Positions 37,200-45,159 of a stretch of 64,000 nucleotides of DNA are shown here, piece by piece. The notes beneath the pieces were generated by a model that was not told the DNA's origin, did no database searches, and was given only the letters and a program-made list of their open reading frames with translations. The position numbers and the translations under genes were made by a program. Within the stretch, counting starts at the first letter, position 1. Each line of letters opens with the position of its first letter. This DNA comes from an uncultured virus (IMG/VR IMGVR_UViG_3300030426_000047) (lineage: Duplodnaviria > Heunggongvirae > Uroviricota > Caudoviricetes): the IMG/VR virus record IMGVR_UViG_3300030426_000047. One strand, written 5' to 3'.

Positions 37200-37556
37200 A
37201 TGAATCAACTTAAAACACACTTTGAGCGTTTAAAACCACATTTTGAAGAAAAAGGCTGGTACCTGTCACATCATGATTATTACGTTGGACTGACAGGATA
37301 TGAAAAACGTAAGGGCAGTGATAATCTCACACCCAGAAAAAAAATTATCGTTTCCTTGAATTACTGCCGACTCGTTTCCTTGGGAGATCAAATTAAAAAA
37401 AATATGTGGGAAGTAAAAACGTACTGGACATTCCAAAGAAACATTTTTACGGAATTCGATTTTGCATGGGAGATGTTTCTTAGTGAAGAAAAAAAATATG
37501 ATCCGAAAACTTTAAACTGGTCCAAACTAAACGATGAAGAAATAAGGAGGTTGTAA
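37200..37556 (+). CDS. Hypothetical AT-rich moron protein
   Basis: ORF in co-oriented cluster, TAATG coupling to next gene. Confidence 0.55.
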   Translation: MNQLKTHFERLKPHFEEKGWYLSHHDYYVGLTGYEKRKGSDNLTPRKKIIVSLNYCRLVSLGDQIKKNMWEVKTYWTFQRNIFTEFDFAWEMFLSEEKKYDPKTLNWSKLNDEEIRRL

Positions 37557-37777
37557 TGTTCGGTCTCGATACATTTGGTGCTACTGTCGTAATTATTTTT
37601 TTAATCGGTTTCATCTTGCCTTTTATTATAAACGCCAATCTTGCTGTGAGCCGGGGTAAAAATGTAGCCCTGATGATCTTATTAACTCTGATCTTTTCAT
37701 GGATAGTTACGCTGATCCTGGCTTTTATGCCAAAGGTTGAGCCAAAGATAAATGCCGGGCTCAAAGAGACCACATAA
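37556..37777 (+). CDS. Small two-TM membrane protein
   Basis: Two hydrophobic helices around SRGKN. Confidence 0.65.
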   Translation: MFGLDTFGATVVIIFLIGFILPFIINANLAVSRGKNVALMILLTLIFSWIVTLILAFMPKVEPKINAGLKETT

Positions 37778-37785
37778 GGTCAGCA

Positions 37786-38088
37786 ATGTCAGTCCGCCCA
37801 CATCCAACAAAAGACCCAAACTGGTGGATCATCGATTTTTACCTCCAGGGGCGAAAAGGAAAATCACTAAAATACATTACCGAATACGGCTGGGCGGCAG
37901 AAAGGCTTGAAGCCTTTTTAGAGCTGACATCCGAGCAGCTTGCTGAGATGGATACACTATCAAAATCGGTTTATCGGAAAGCCGAAGCAGACGGCATATC
38001 TGCTTGTTTTGAAGCTTGGCCAAAGAAGGCGCGCCCTGGGGTGTATTCTGTGGAATCATTACATATGCCTCCAAAAAAGAATGGTTGA
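37786..38088 (+). CDS. Chimeric ORF: first 26 integrase codons fused to an unrelated sequence
   Basis: MSVRPHPTKDPNWWIIDFYLQGRKGK matches the integrase N-terminus. Confidence 0.6.
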   Translation: MSVRPHPTKDPNWWIIDFYLQGRKGKSLKYITEYGWAAERLEAFLELTSEQLAEMDTLSKSVYRKAEADGISACFEAWPKKARPGVYSVESLHMPPKKNG

Positions 38089-38170
38089 TTTATTATTTCA
38101 CTTATCGAAATGTTCTACCACTAACATTGACTAATATGCAATACTCTTTGTCAATTACCCTATAAGTGTC

Positions 38171-38278
38171 ATGTCAGTCCGCCAACACCCAACAAAAGAC
38201 CCAGGCTGGTGGATCATTGACTTTTACCCCCAGGGGCGAAAGGGCAAACTAACGATCAAAAAAAAACCACGAGGATAA
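38171..38278 (+). pseudogene. Second truncated integrase 5' copy (35-aa ORF)
   Basis: MSVRQHPTKDPGWWIIDFYPQGRKGK|LTIKKKPRG*. Confidence 0.75.
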
Positions 38279-38281
38279 AAA

Positions 38282-38524
38282 ATGGATAAGGCACAAAAAT
38301 TAGAAGAAAAAATGGCAGATGCCCATGGTCAACTGCAAACAACGATCATGCAAAGTCTTTATCTTATCGGCAACAAAATCGCTAAAAAAAGGCAATACAA
38401 GAATTTGAACGGGATTGAAGCCGTTTATTATTATTTGGTGCAAAAACACAACTGGACTCCTTCTCAGGTACGCTCGATGAACATGGAGGACCTTGCTTTT
38501 TGCCTTGAGGAGGAGAAGCTATAG
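38282..38524 (+). CDS. Hypothetical protein
   Basis: GAGG RBS; YYLVQKHNWTPSQVRSM. Confidence 0.65.
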   Translation: MDKAQKLEEKMADAHGQLQTTIMQSLYLIGNKIAKKRQYKNLNGIEAVYYYLVQKHNWTPSQVRSMNMEDLAFCLEEEKL

Positions 38525-38534
38525 CACCAGCGGA

Positions 38535-38707
38535 TTAGGCGTGGCGATCTGCTTTTATCCTTGCGAGATTGGCTTTTAAGGAGAAAAGCTTTTTGGCCAA
38601 CATATCTTCTTCAGACCTGGAGGCCTTCATGTAGAATGACTCTGCCACTAACAAAAGCAGACCATGTCGCAGCTCAATTTTTTCGCATCTCAATTTTTCA
38701 AGATCCA
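38535..38707 (-). CDS. Small hypothetical protein
   Basis: GGAG RBS before MDLEK; convergent with previous gene. Confidence 0.4.
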
Positions 38708-38788
38708 TTATTTTTTCTCCATTTTGTGAATATTGCATTTTGTGGAATATAGATATCATGGCAGTTGCTTAGAACGCAACATTAAAAC

Positions 38789-39853
38789 ATGTCAGTAAGA
38801 TTACATCCAACAAAAGGACCGTCTTGGTGGATCATTGACTTTTACCCCCAGGGGCGAAAGGGCAAGCGAGTCCGGCAGATCTTCCAGGGGACTAAAGGCG
38901 AGGCGCTCGCCATCGAACAGGATCTCAGGAGGGCGCCGGGTGAGGTGGTCAATGCCGTTTCGCCGACCGTTAAAGATCTTGTCGCGCCCTGGCTTGAGTA
39001 TTATCACAACGAGGTTTCCGCCACTACCTACAAGGACGCGGTAAACTGTCTGAAATCGTGGCTACCGTACTTTGGCAACTTCCGGCCTGCCAATATCACC
39101 CGCACGGCAATCAACAACTATAAGGCCCGCAGGGTGCTTGATATCGCCAACAAAGCGGCAGTAGGCCGTGGCCAACCTCCACGGTATGTCAAAAAGCGAA
39201 CGATCAACAAAGAATTGAGCTATCTGTCATCGCTGCTCAAGTGGGCGGCGGAACATAGCCACTGTGAAGAACTGAATTATACCATCCCGCTTTTCCCGGC
39301 GAAGCTGACCCGCCCGCCGGCAGTGATGGTCCTCACTCCCCGACAGATGACTCTGCTTTACGAACATGCCGATCCCGAATATAAACTACTCATCCTGCTC
39401 CTGTGCGACATGGCCTTGCGGGTGGCTGAGGCGATCAGCCTGACGGCCGAGGATATCGACGAGTATCATGAGACGATCACCGTGCTCGGCAAGGGCAATA
39501 AGGAGCGCATATTGCCATGGGCGTCTGAACGGTTTGCGGTGGAGCTGCGCAAGACTCTGGACGCCAGGCCGTCAGGTCTTTTGACCCTTAGTAATAAAAC
39601 AGGGGAGAAGTTTGTCGACACCCGGGCGCTGATCAACAGGGCGGCAAGAAGGGCAGGGATCAAGCGGAAAATCAACCCTCATTTGCTCAGACACAGCGGG
39701 CTCACGGCTTTGGCAATGAAGGGGATGTCGCCGAACGCCCTGCAGAATTTTGCCGGACATGCGTCAATGATGACCACTCAGAGAATTTACGTGCATGTCC
39801 GGCAGGATTTTGTTGGGGAGGAGATGCGGCGGATACGAGAAACATCGAAATAG
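38789..39853 (+). CDS. int: Phage tyrosine integrase
   Basis: N-terminal arm-binding beta domain; LRVAE, GKGNKER, HLLRHS, AGH, TTQRIY; near attR. Confidence 0.93.
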   Translation: MSVRLHPTKGPSWWIIDFYPQGRKGKRVRQIFQGTKGEALAIEQDLRRAPGEVVNAVSPTVKDLVAPWLEYYHNEVSATTYKDAVNCLKSWLPYFGNFRPANITRTAINNYKARRVLDIANKAAVGRGQPPRYVKKRTINKELSYLSSLLKWAAEHSHCEELNYTIPLFPAKLTRPPAVMVLTPRQMTLLYEHADPEYKLLILLLCDMALRVAEAISLTAEDIDEYHETITVLGKGNKERILPWASERFAVELRKTLDARPSGLLTLSNKTGEKFVDTRALINRAARRAGIKRKINPHLLRHSGLTALAMKGMSPNALQNFAGHASMMTTQRIYVHVRQDFVGEEMRRIRETSK

Positions 39854-39918
39854 CTTTCTATTGTATGTCATCAGATAGCCAATACACCATATGTCGTGTA
39901 TTGAAAACAATGTTAATC

Positions 39919-39937
39919 GTAACTATTTTTTAGTTAC
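39919..39937. promoter_or_regulatory. Palindromic operator upstream of hicAB
   Basis: GTAACTA-N5-TAGTTAC. Confidence 0.6.
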
Positions 39938-39961
39938 ACTTCTCGGTGAGTTTCTGCTAAT

Positions 39962-40219
39962 ATGGCTAAACACAAGAAAACGAGGGATAAGCTATTTTCC
40001 CATCCACCTCCGGCGAATATTACATGGTCTGAGCTAAAAAATTACCTCGAGTCTATTGGCTACAAAATGCTAAAAAGCCGAGGCGGATCGAGCAGGAAGT
40101 TTTACCATCAAGAGACAGGCGCGTTGTTTTTATGCCATCAGCCACACCCAAGCCCATGTATTGACAAGGGGTGCGCTGTTGATTTGGTCGAACATCTTAA
40201 AATGTACGGATTAAAATAG
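39962..40219 (+). CDS. hicA: HicA-family toxin
   Basis: ITWSELKNYLESIGY..GGSSRKF..HQPHP. Confidence 0.88.
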   Translation: MAKHKKTRDKLFSHPPPANITWSELKNYLESIGYKMLKSRGGSSRKFYHQETGALFLCHQPHPSPCIDKGCAVDLVEHLKMYGLK

Positions 40220-40690
40220 GTGATCACCATGATGAATATTTTACGATACAAAGAATATGAAGGAACCGCAGAAATCGATATGGATAGGTGCGTGTGTAGG
40301 GGGAAAATTCTTTTTGTCAACGACTTGATAATATACGAAGCCCGAACTCCGGAAGAACTTCAACATGCTTTTGAGGAGGCTGTTGATGATTACCTGGAGA
40401 CATGTAAGGAAATAGGGAAAGAACCTCAAAAGCCCCTCAAAGGTGTTTTTAACGTGCGAGTTAGCCCAGATCTCCACAAGAAGTGTATATTGAGGGCAAA
40501 GACGGAAGGGGTTTATCTTAATGACATCGCAGTCAGGGCACTAACCGCATACGTCACCTCCGCAGGAGTGACCAACCATTACCACTACACTCTTGTTACT
40601 GCAGAGAATCAAGGAATGGGTACGGGACTCGCAACAGGGGTTCAGGCTCCAGTTTTTTCAGCCATAAGGACAGCCAATGCAACCAACTAA
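40220..40690 (+). CDS. hicB: HicB-family antitoxin with C-terminal extension
   Basis: YKEYEG..FEEAVDDYLETC..GKEPQKP.KGVFNVRVSPDLH; ~40 extra residues after the RHH. Confidence 0.9.
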   Translation: MITMMNILRYKEYEGTAEIDMDRCVCRGKILFVNDLIIYEARTPEELQHAFEEAVDDYLETCKEIGKEPQKPLKGVFNVRVSPDLHKKCILRAKTEGVYLNDIAVRALTAYVTSAGVTNHYHYTLVTAENQGMGTGLATGVQAPVFSAIRTANATN

Positions 40691-40961
40691 TTTAAATAGC
40701 ATGCAGCATGTCAAAGAACCCCTGACCTTGGCAGAAATAGGTGAATTGCTAGTAAAACATTATGGCCTAAACGAAGGACTTTATGATCTTGCCGTTGAGT
40801 TTAGCTTCGGTTTTGGGGCAGTGGGGCCCACAGACGACTCTAAAGTCCCTGGGGTTATGTTGGGGGTAAATAAAATTGGTTTGATTGAAGCGCAAACAAA
40901 AAGCAATTCAACCCTTGATGCTGCTGAAATTAACCCGAAAAAAACACCAAAGAAGAAATAG
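40677..40961 (+). CDS. Small protein translationally overlapping hicB
   Basis: 14-bp overlap with hicB; ELLVKHYGLNEGLYDLAVEF..GP..PG..IGL..DAAEINP. Confidence 0.7.
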   Translation: MQPTNLNSMQHVKEPLTLAEIGELLVKHYGLNEGLYDLAVEFSFGFGAVGPTDDSKVPGVMLGVNKIGLIEAQTKSNSTLDAAEINPKKTPKKK

Positions 40962-40985
40962 TCGCGTGACTACAGTAGTCGTTTT
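40956..40985. promoter_or_regulatory. Putative integrase arm-type sites (right arm)
   Basis: AAATAGTCG, GTGACTACA, TAGTCGTTTT mirror the motifs at 137-170. Confidence 0.6.
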
Positions 40986-41037
40986 ATAAGATCAAAATAT
41001 GTCGCAAATATAGATAGATATAATGATAAACGAGTAA

Positions 41038-41086
41038 CTTCTAAGCCGTAGGTCACTGGTTCGAATCCAGTCGGGCGTACCAATAA
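41038..41086 (+). repeat. attR core: displaced 3' half of tRNA-Arg
   Basis: CTTCTAAGCCGTAGGTCACTGGTTCGAATCCAGTCGGGCGTACCAATAA. Confidence 0.92.
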
Positions 41087-41093
41087 TAACAGC

Positions 41094-41130
41094 CACTTAC
41101 TTCATTTTGAGGTAAGTGCCTGTTTGGTTT
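41094..41130 (+). terminator. Probable original host tRNA terminator
   Basis: CACTTACTTCA-TTT-TGAGGTAAGTG stem then T-rich tail. Confidence 0.6.
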
Positions 41131-41169
41131 CCCCCACACTGTCCCCCACCACTTGACGCCCCCCGCTAT

Positions 41170-41220
41170 TGTAAGCTTTCGCGTAAACGTAGAAACTTTT
41201 GCATGTAAACGTAGAAACTT
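41170..41220. repeat. Mu-type right end: terminal TG and tandem transposase-binding sites
   Basis: TG at 41170; GTAAACGTAGAAACTT at 41183 and 41205 (22-bp period). Confidence 0.75.
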
Positions 41221-41271
41221 CCCAATGGCTGCGCTGCGACATTCCCGGCCTACCGTATAGTCCACTGACGG

Positions 41272-42039
41272 CTAATTGTAATTCGAAATTAGAAGCTCAG
41301 TCCTTACCTTCGCCCTGCTTTCTTTTGATGAGGAGCATGAGTATTTCAGGGTAGCCTCCTTAATCAAAAAGCCACTGAATATTTCTCTGACTCGAGGCGT
41401 ATCGTTGATGGTCATGAGGAACTTGCCTTTGATGCCTTTTAAAATATCACAGAGGTCATAAAAATCCTGTTCGGCAAAATCATGCTTATAGCCTGGGATC
41501 TTCCAATACGGCGGATCAAGGAAAAAGAAAGAGTGTGGTCGGTCATACCTGGGGATGAGGTCACGGAAGTCCTTACATTCGACCTGGACGTGTACAAGGC
41601 GCTGCCATGCTTTTTCTATAGTGGACTCCAAAGTGAGGAGATTAAACCGAGGTCTGCCAGTTGTAGACACTCCGAAAGTCTGTCCTGTTATATGGCCACC
41701 GAAGGCGCACTTCTGCAGAAACAGGTAACGGGCCGCTCTTTGTACATCGGTGAGGGTCTCGGGGTTGACCTGTTGTTCTCTGTCGAATTCAGACCGGGAA
41801 ACTAGACTGAATTTATACTGCCTGTAAAGTTCCTCGGGATGATGCTTGATCACTCGATACAAGGTAACCAAGTCCCTGTCGAGATCATTTAAAACTTCTG
41901 CTTGTGATGGTTCTTTTGAAAAGAATACACTCGCTCCCCCGGCAAATACCTCTACATAGCAGGTGTGCTCAGGGATTTTATTGATAATGGTTTTTGCCAG
42001 TCGAGATTTGCCGCCGAAATAGGGGATAACTCCTTTCAT
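41272..42039 (-). CDS. D12-class N6-adenine DNA methyltransferase (in Mu mom position)
   Basis: YFGGKSRLA, EVFAGGASV, LNDLD, FLDPPY. Confidence 0.92.
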   Translation of the reverse strand: MKGVIPYFGGKSRLAKTIINKIPEHTCYVEVFAGGASVFFSKEPSQAEVLNDLDRDLVTLYRVIKHHPEELYRQYKFSLVSRSEFDREQQVNPETLTDVQRAARYLFLQKCAFGGHITGQTFGVSTTGRPRFNLLTLESTIEKAWQRLVHVQVECKDFRDLIPRYDRPHSFFFLDPPYWKIPGYKHDFAEQDFYDLCDILKGIKGKFLMTINDTPRVREIFSGFLIKEATLKYSCSSSKESRAKVRTELLISNYN

Positions 42040-42097
42040 CTTTTGCCTTTTAATTTACAGCTTCATCTGCTACAACTCCCCGCGTGCTACCCAGCAT

Positions 42098-42183
42098 CGG
42101 GACTAAGCAGGTGAACCCTGTCGACCCCTTCCGTGTTTCAGCACGGTCGAGTGGTTGGGGGATGTTCAAGCATCCCCGTCCCG
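42098..42183 (-). ncRNA. Structured cis-RNA candidate in the methylase 5' leader
   Basis: CGGGAC/GTCCCG closing stem enclosing GGGGATG-CTTGAA-CATCCCC and TCGACC..CGTG-CTGAAA-CACG..GGTCGA hairpins. Confidence 0.6.
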
Positions 42184-42187
42184 TCCT

Positions 42188-42763
42188 TTAAATGTTTGGT
42201 TCAGCCTCAGCGATCTCGACCGCACCGTTCGCGCTGCCCTGCGTTTCTTGCTGGGACCATGTCTGATTTGCTTCCATCTCGTATGGTGTCGATTCGTTTG
42301 ACAGGGACTGAGTCACGTCTCCCTGCTGGCTGAGGGCAGTGTTATTGATCCCGGACATATTGTTGTTGTTGCCCTTGATGTTGTAGACCTGAGTATTCGC
42401 GACGGTCTTTCGTTTATTCATCACGTCGATACCACCGCCGAAGTAACGAAGGAGAAGCCCTGCCCATGCCCTGGCCTCTTCGCTTGCCGTGGCTTCACGC
42501 TCGATCTGTTGGCCCCTGCTGGTCAGCTTATTTGCCATGAGCGCGACAGCCTGAATGTCGGTGGCGCCGTTCATGGCTTGGTTGTAGCTGTTCTCGATGC
42601 CGACATTCTGATCGCGAATCGCCATCGTCTGCAGGCCAATATCCGAAGTTTTCACCTCCTTGCCGGCTGGGGTGATGTAGGTGTGCTGGTTTTTGGAACA
42701 GCCAAAAGAAAAAAGCAGGGCCAGGAGAAGAAGCGGGATAAGTGTTCGTGAACGATTTTTCAT
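42188..42763 (-). CDS. Lipoprotein
   Basis: Signal peptide II, lipobox FSFGC. Confidence 0.75.
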   Translation of the reverse strand: MKNRSRTLIPLLLLALLFSFGCSKNQHTYITPAGKEVKTSDIGLQTMAIRDQNVGIENSYNQAMNGATDIQAVALMANKLTSRGQQIEREATASEEARAWAGLLLRYFGGGIDVMNKRKTVANTQVYNIKGNNNNMSGINNTALSQQGDVTQSLSNESTPYEMEANQTWSQQETQGSANGAVEIAEAEPNI

Positions 42764-43245
42764 TTTGTCACCAAGGTAATAGTTGAACCATTGCTAATAG
42801 CATCGAATACCAAAGCTGAAGGCGTGTCTTTACGGGATACACCGCCTTTCGTACGCAAAACCGAGTTTACATACTCGGCACATTGCCATTTTTCGTTATC
42901 CTGTGTTTTTCCGAAAAACCCCTTGATCGCCTCCCATTTGCTGTACGATTCTCCTACTCGGCTGAGGGCGAATTCTTCAACCTCCGGAGCCAGAGGTTTA
43001 TTCAGAGAGATCCAGTAGAACGGGAGAAGTTTTGATAAAGGGAATATCCGGATCATTGGGACTACAGCCTCCAGGGTCATGACCCGACCGGCAACCGGCC
43101 AGGCAATTCCGACATGGGAATACTCTGATCGGGTAGCTATCCGGATTATTTGAGACTGGACATCGCCCCACGAGCTCCAGCCCTCGTGGGTGAAAGCGAT
43201 AATGTCCCCCGACTGTATCAGGGGCCGTGCTGTTTTATAGTCCAA
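42760..43245 (-). CDS. Permuted papain-like NlpC/P60 (YiiX/YebB-like) enzyme
   Basis: QSGDII..YSHVGI..LEA..VGESYS..WQCAEYV..TP; TTG start after GGAG. Confidence 0.8.
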   Translation of the reverse strand: MDYKTARPLIQSGDIIAFTHEGWSSWGDVQSQIIRIATRSEYSHVGIAWPVAGRVMTLEAVVPMIRIFPLSKLLPFYWISLNKPLAPEVEEFALSRVGESYSKWEAIKGFFGKTQDNEKWQCAEYVNSVLRTKGGVSRKDTPSALVFDAISNGSTITLVTK

Positions 43246-43801
43246 GGTAGTTCTCCGGCCAGCCAGTAGAGAAATCGTAGGAAAGCGGGTCCGGACTGGC
43301 TTCCATTGCCGCCTTGTGCTGCTCTGCCCTGGTGAAGAGGGCACCATCGAGAACCATACCGGCCTGAAAAATAGCCTGGGCGATGGTCTGGGACATCGAC
43401 ACCTTGGTGCCGTCCATCGTCTTCCACTGGACGGGAGGGACGGCGGCCCCGGCCAGCACCAGCCCAAGGTGTTGTGTGCGGGACTTCGGGTCACTGTGAT
43501 ACCACTTGAAGACACCGGGTTCGACCTCAACCTTAAAGCCGCCATCCATCCGTCGGTCGCGTTCGGCCTTAATTCTCTCCCATACCCTGCCCTTGGTCTT
43601 TTCCAGCTCCTCATCCTGCCAGCCAGGCCAGTCGGCCAGTTCTTTAGTGGCCTCATCCCACATGTACCTTGTGGGATACTCATTGAACCAGGCACATACA
43701 GAGGGATCGAGATCCTTGGCGAACTCGCCCTCTCCGGGTCCGTTGGGATCGTTGCACCGCTTGCCGCGATTGATTACTGAGCTAAAAATGCATGTCCACA
43801 T
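43235..43801 (-). CDS. Tail-fibre-associated protein (DUF4376-like C-terminus)
   Basis: IKAERDRR..GG..WYHSD..WKTMDG..YDFSTGWP. Confidence 0.75.
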   Translation of the reverse strand: MWTCIFSSVINRGKRCNDPNGPGEGEFAKDLDPSVCAWFNEYPTRYMWDEATKELADWPGWQDEELEKTKGRVWERIKAERDRRMDGGFKVEVEPGVFKWYHSDPKSRTQHLGLVLAGAAVPPVQWKTMDGTKVSMSQTIAQAIFQAGMVLDGALFTRAEQHKAAMEASPDPLSYDFSTGWPENYLGL

Positions 43802-43802
43802 A

Positions 43803-45149
43803 TTATCTCCTTAGGGTTATCGTCTGAATATGCGCAGGCACAGTTCCAGCATGGACTTTTAAATGAATAGTAGACACCGGCAGAATATTGACGACAGAGG
43901 ATGCCGTATAAGAGTACGCGTCAAATGAATTTGTGGTACCGCCATCGTAGGAAACAGAAGGTATGGAACTACCAATTGTGACAATTCCAACACTTAACAA
44001 TGTTGCAACAGGCAGAATTGCAGCCACATTACAGGAGGTCCATCCTGCTCCAATGCTCGCATTTAATATCGGCCTACTCGTCTGTGTCAGCCAGTCAATA
44101 CGATTAGCAATCTGCCGATACGGCATTGTCACTCCGGCAGCGGTGTTCTTCGCATAGGTCACCTGCCGCCATGCGTCGATCTCGGCGTCACTAGCAGGTC
44201 CATTTAACGAGGAGTAAGCCCTTGGCTCGAAAGTGACACCATCAGTAAGCCGCGTCAAAAAAACAAAGGAGTCCAGATTTGGGGTGGTTGCGAGAATTAC
44301 CTGAGAGTCAGCAGTGGTCTCAAGCCATATCGTCCTGCTAGAATCCCAGCATCCGCAAGGGGTGATGGTGAGCGTGTTGCCTGCGACCGTGACATCCCCG
44401 CCGATGATGTCGTTGTTGGTGTTGCTTGCTGGAATAGCCGCTATCGCCGCGCCGACGAACTCCGTGTTGGCGACATGGGTGTTATTGGTTCCGGGAGCGG
44501 CTGTTGGTGCGGTGGGTTCCCCGGTTAATGCAGGGGACGCGAGCGGTGCTTTCCCGGACAAAGCTGCAGCGACGCCAGCCAAATCGGTATCATCGGCGAT
44601 GACCCCATTGCGGTCCTGGAATGTATACGTCCTGGCCTCCGTGTTGGCGTTGGTGAAAAACGACTTGATCACCCCGAGAGCATTCATGAAGTTGATCTTG
44701 AATAGCGTCAGCCCCGGGACTCCGTCAGAGGCGTCCTTGTTCACCACTTCCCCGACCATTGGCCGCAGATCGGCGATCCGCAGGATGCCGACGCTATCGG
44801 TGTCGACCAGGGCCAGCGGGATATAGTCGCCGGATGGCGGGGTCAGAGACACCACCACTTCGCCGCTGGCGTTGATATAGATCCAATTGGACTGAGAGGA
44901 TGACATCAGCAAATTGCCGGCGGCGACAGTGAGCTGTCCGCCAATCAGACGGACCACGACCTCCGTCCAATTGGCGGTGAGACCGCCACCGTCCGTCACA
45001 GCACCGCCGGATATAACCCGGTTCACCGACAACAGCGCCCCCTGGACCACCTCATCGATCCTTTCGTTGTCGTGCCATTCATCGTCCCAGTTGGGATCGC
45101 CCGCTGACGGCAGACGTTTTTTCAACCGATTGGTATAGCCGTTGGCCAT
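43803..45149 (-). CDS. Tail fibre protein
   Basis: KAPLASPALTGEPTAPTAAPGTNNTHVANTEFV fibre repeat; GGAGG RBS before MANGY. Confidence 0.88.
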   Translation of the reverse strand: MANGYTNRLKKRLPSAGDPNWDDEWHDNERIDEVVQGALLSVNRVISGGAVTDGGGLTANWTEVVVRLIGGQLTVAAGNLLMSSSQSNWIYINASGEVVVSLTPPSGDYIPLALVDTDSVGILRIADLRPMVGEVVNKDASDGVPGLTLFKINFMNALGVIKSFFTNANTEARTYTFQDRNGVIADDTDLAGVAAALSGKAPLASPALTGEPTAPTAAPGTNNTHVANTEFVGAAIAAIPASNTNNDIIGGDVTVAGNTLTITPCGCWDSSRTIWLETTADSQVILATTPNLDSFVFLTRLTDGVTFEPRAYSSLNGPASDAEIDAWRQVTYAKNTAAGVTMPYRQIANRIDWLTQTSRPILNASIGAGWTSCNVAAILPVATLLSVGIVTIGSSIPSVSYDGGTTNSFDAYSYTASSVVNILPVSTIHLKVHAGTVPAHIQTITLRR

Positions 45150-45159
45150 GGTGCCCTCC

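Larger units (their letters stand above)
51..41086. mobile_element. Prophage 1: lambda-like siphovirus prophage, apparently complete, integrated in tRNA-Arg
   Basis: att repeats, tyrosine integrase, cI/cro, primase/helicase, GpA terminase, lambda portal, capsid, tail, lysis genes. Confidence 0.95.

Noticed and set aside
41038..41265. Second tRNA gene or 70-aa ORF at attR
   Set aside because: Only the 3' half of the tRNA is present; the ORF spans attR, the terminator and the Mu end and is likely spurious.
42760..43695. ORF-track long starts (311 aa here, 538 aa for 43803-45419)
   Set aside because: The N-terminal extensions overlap upstream genes in other frames; RBS-supported starts are at 43245 and 45149.
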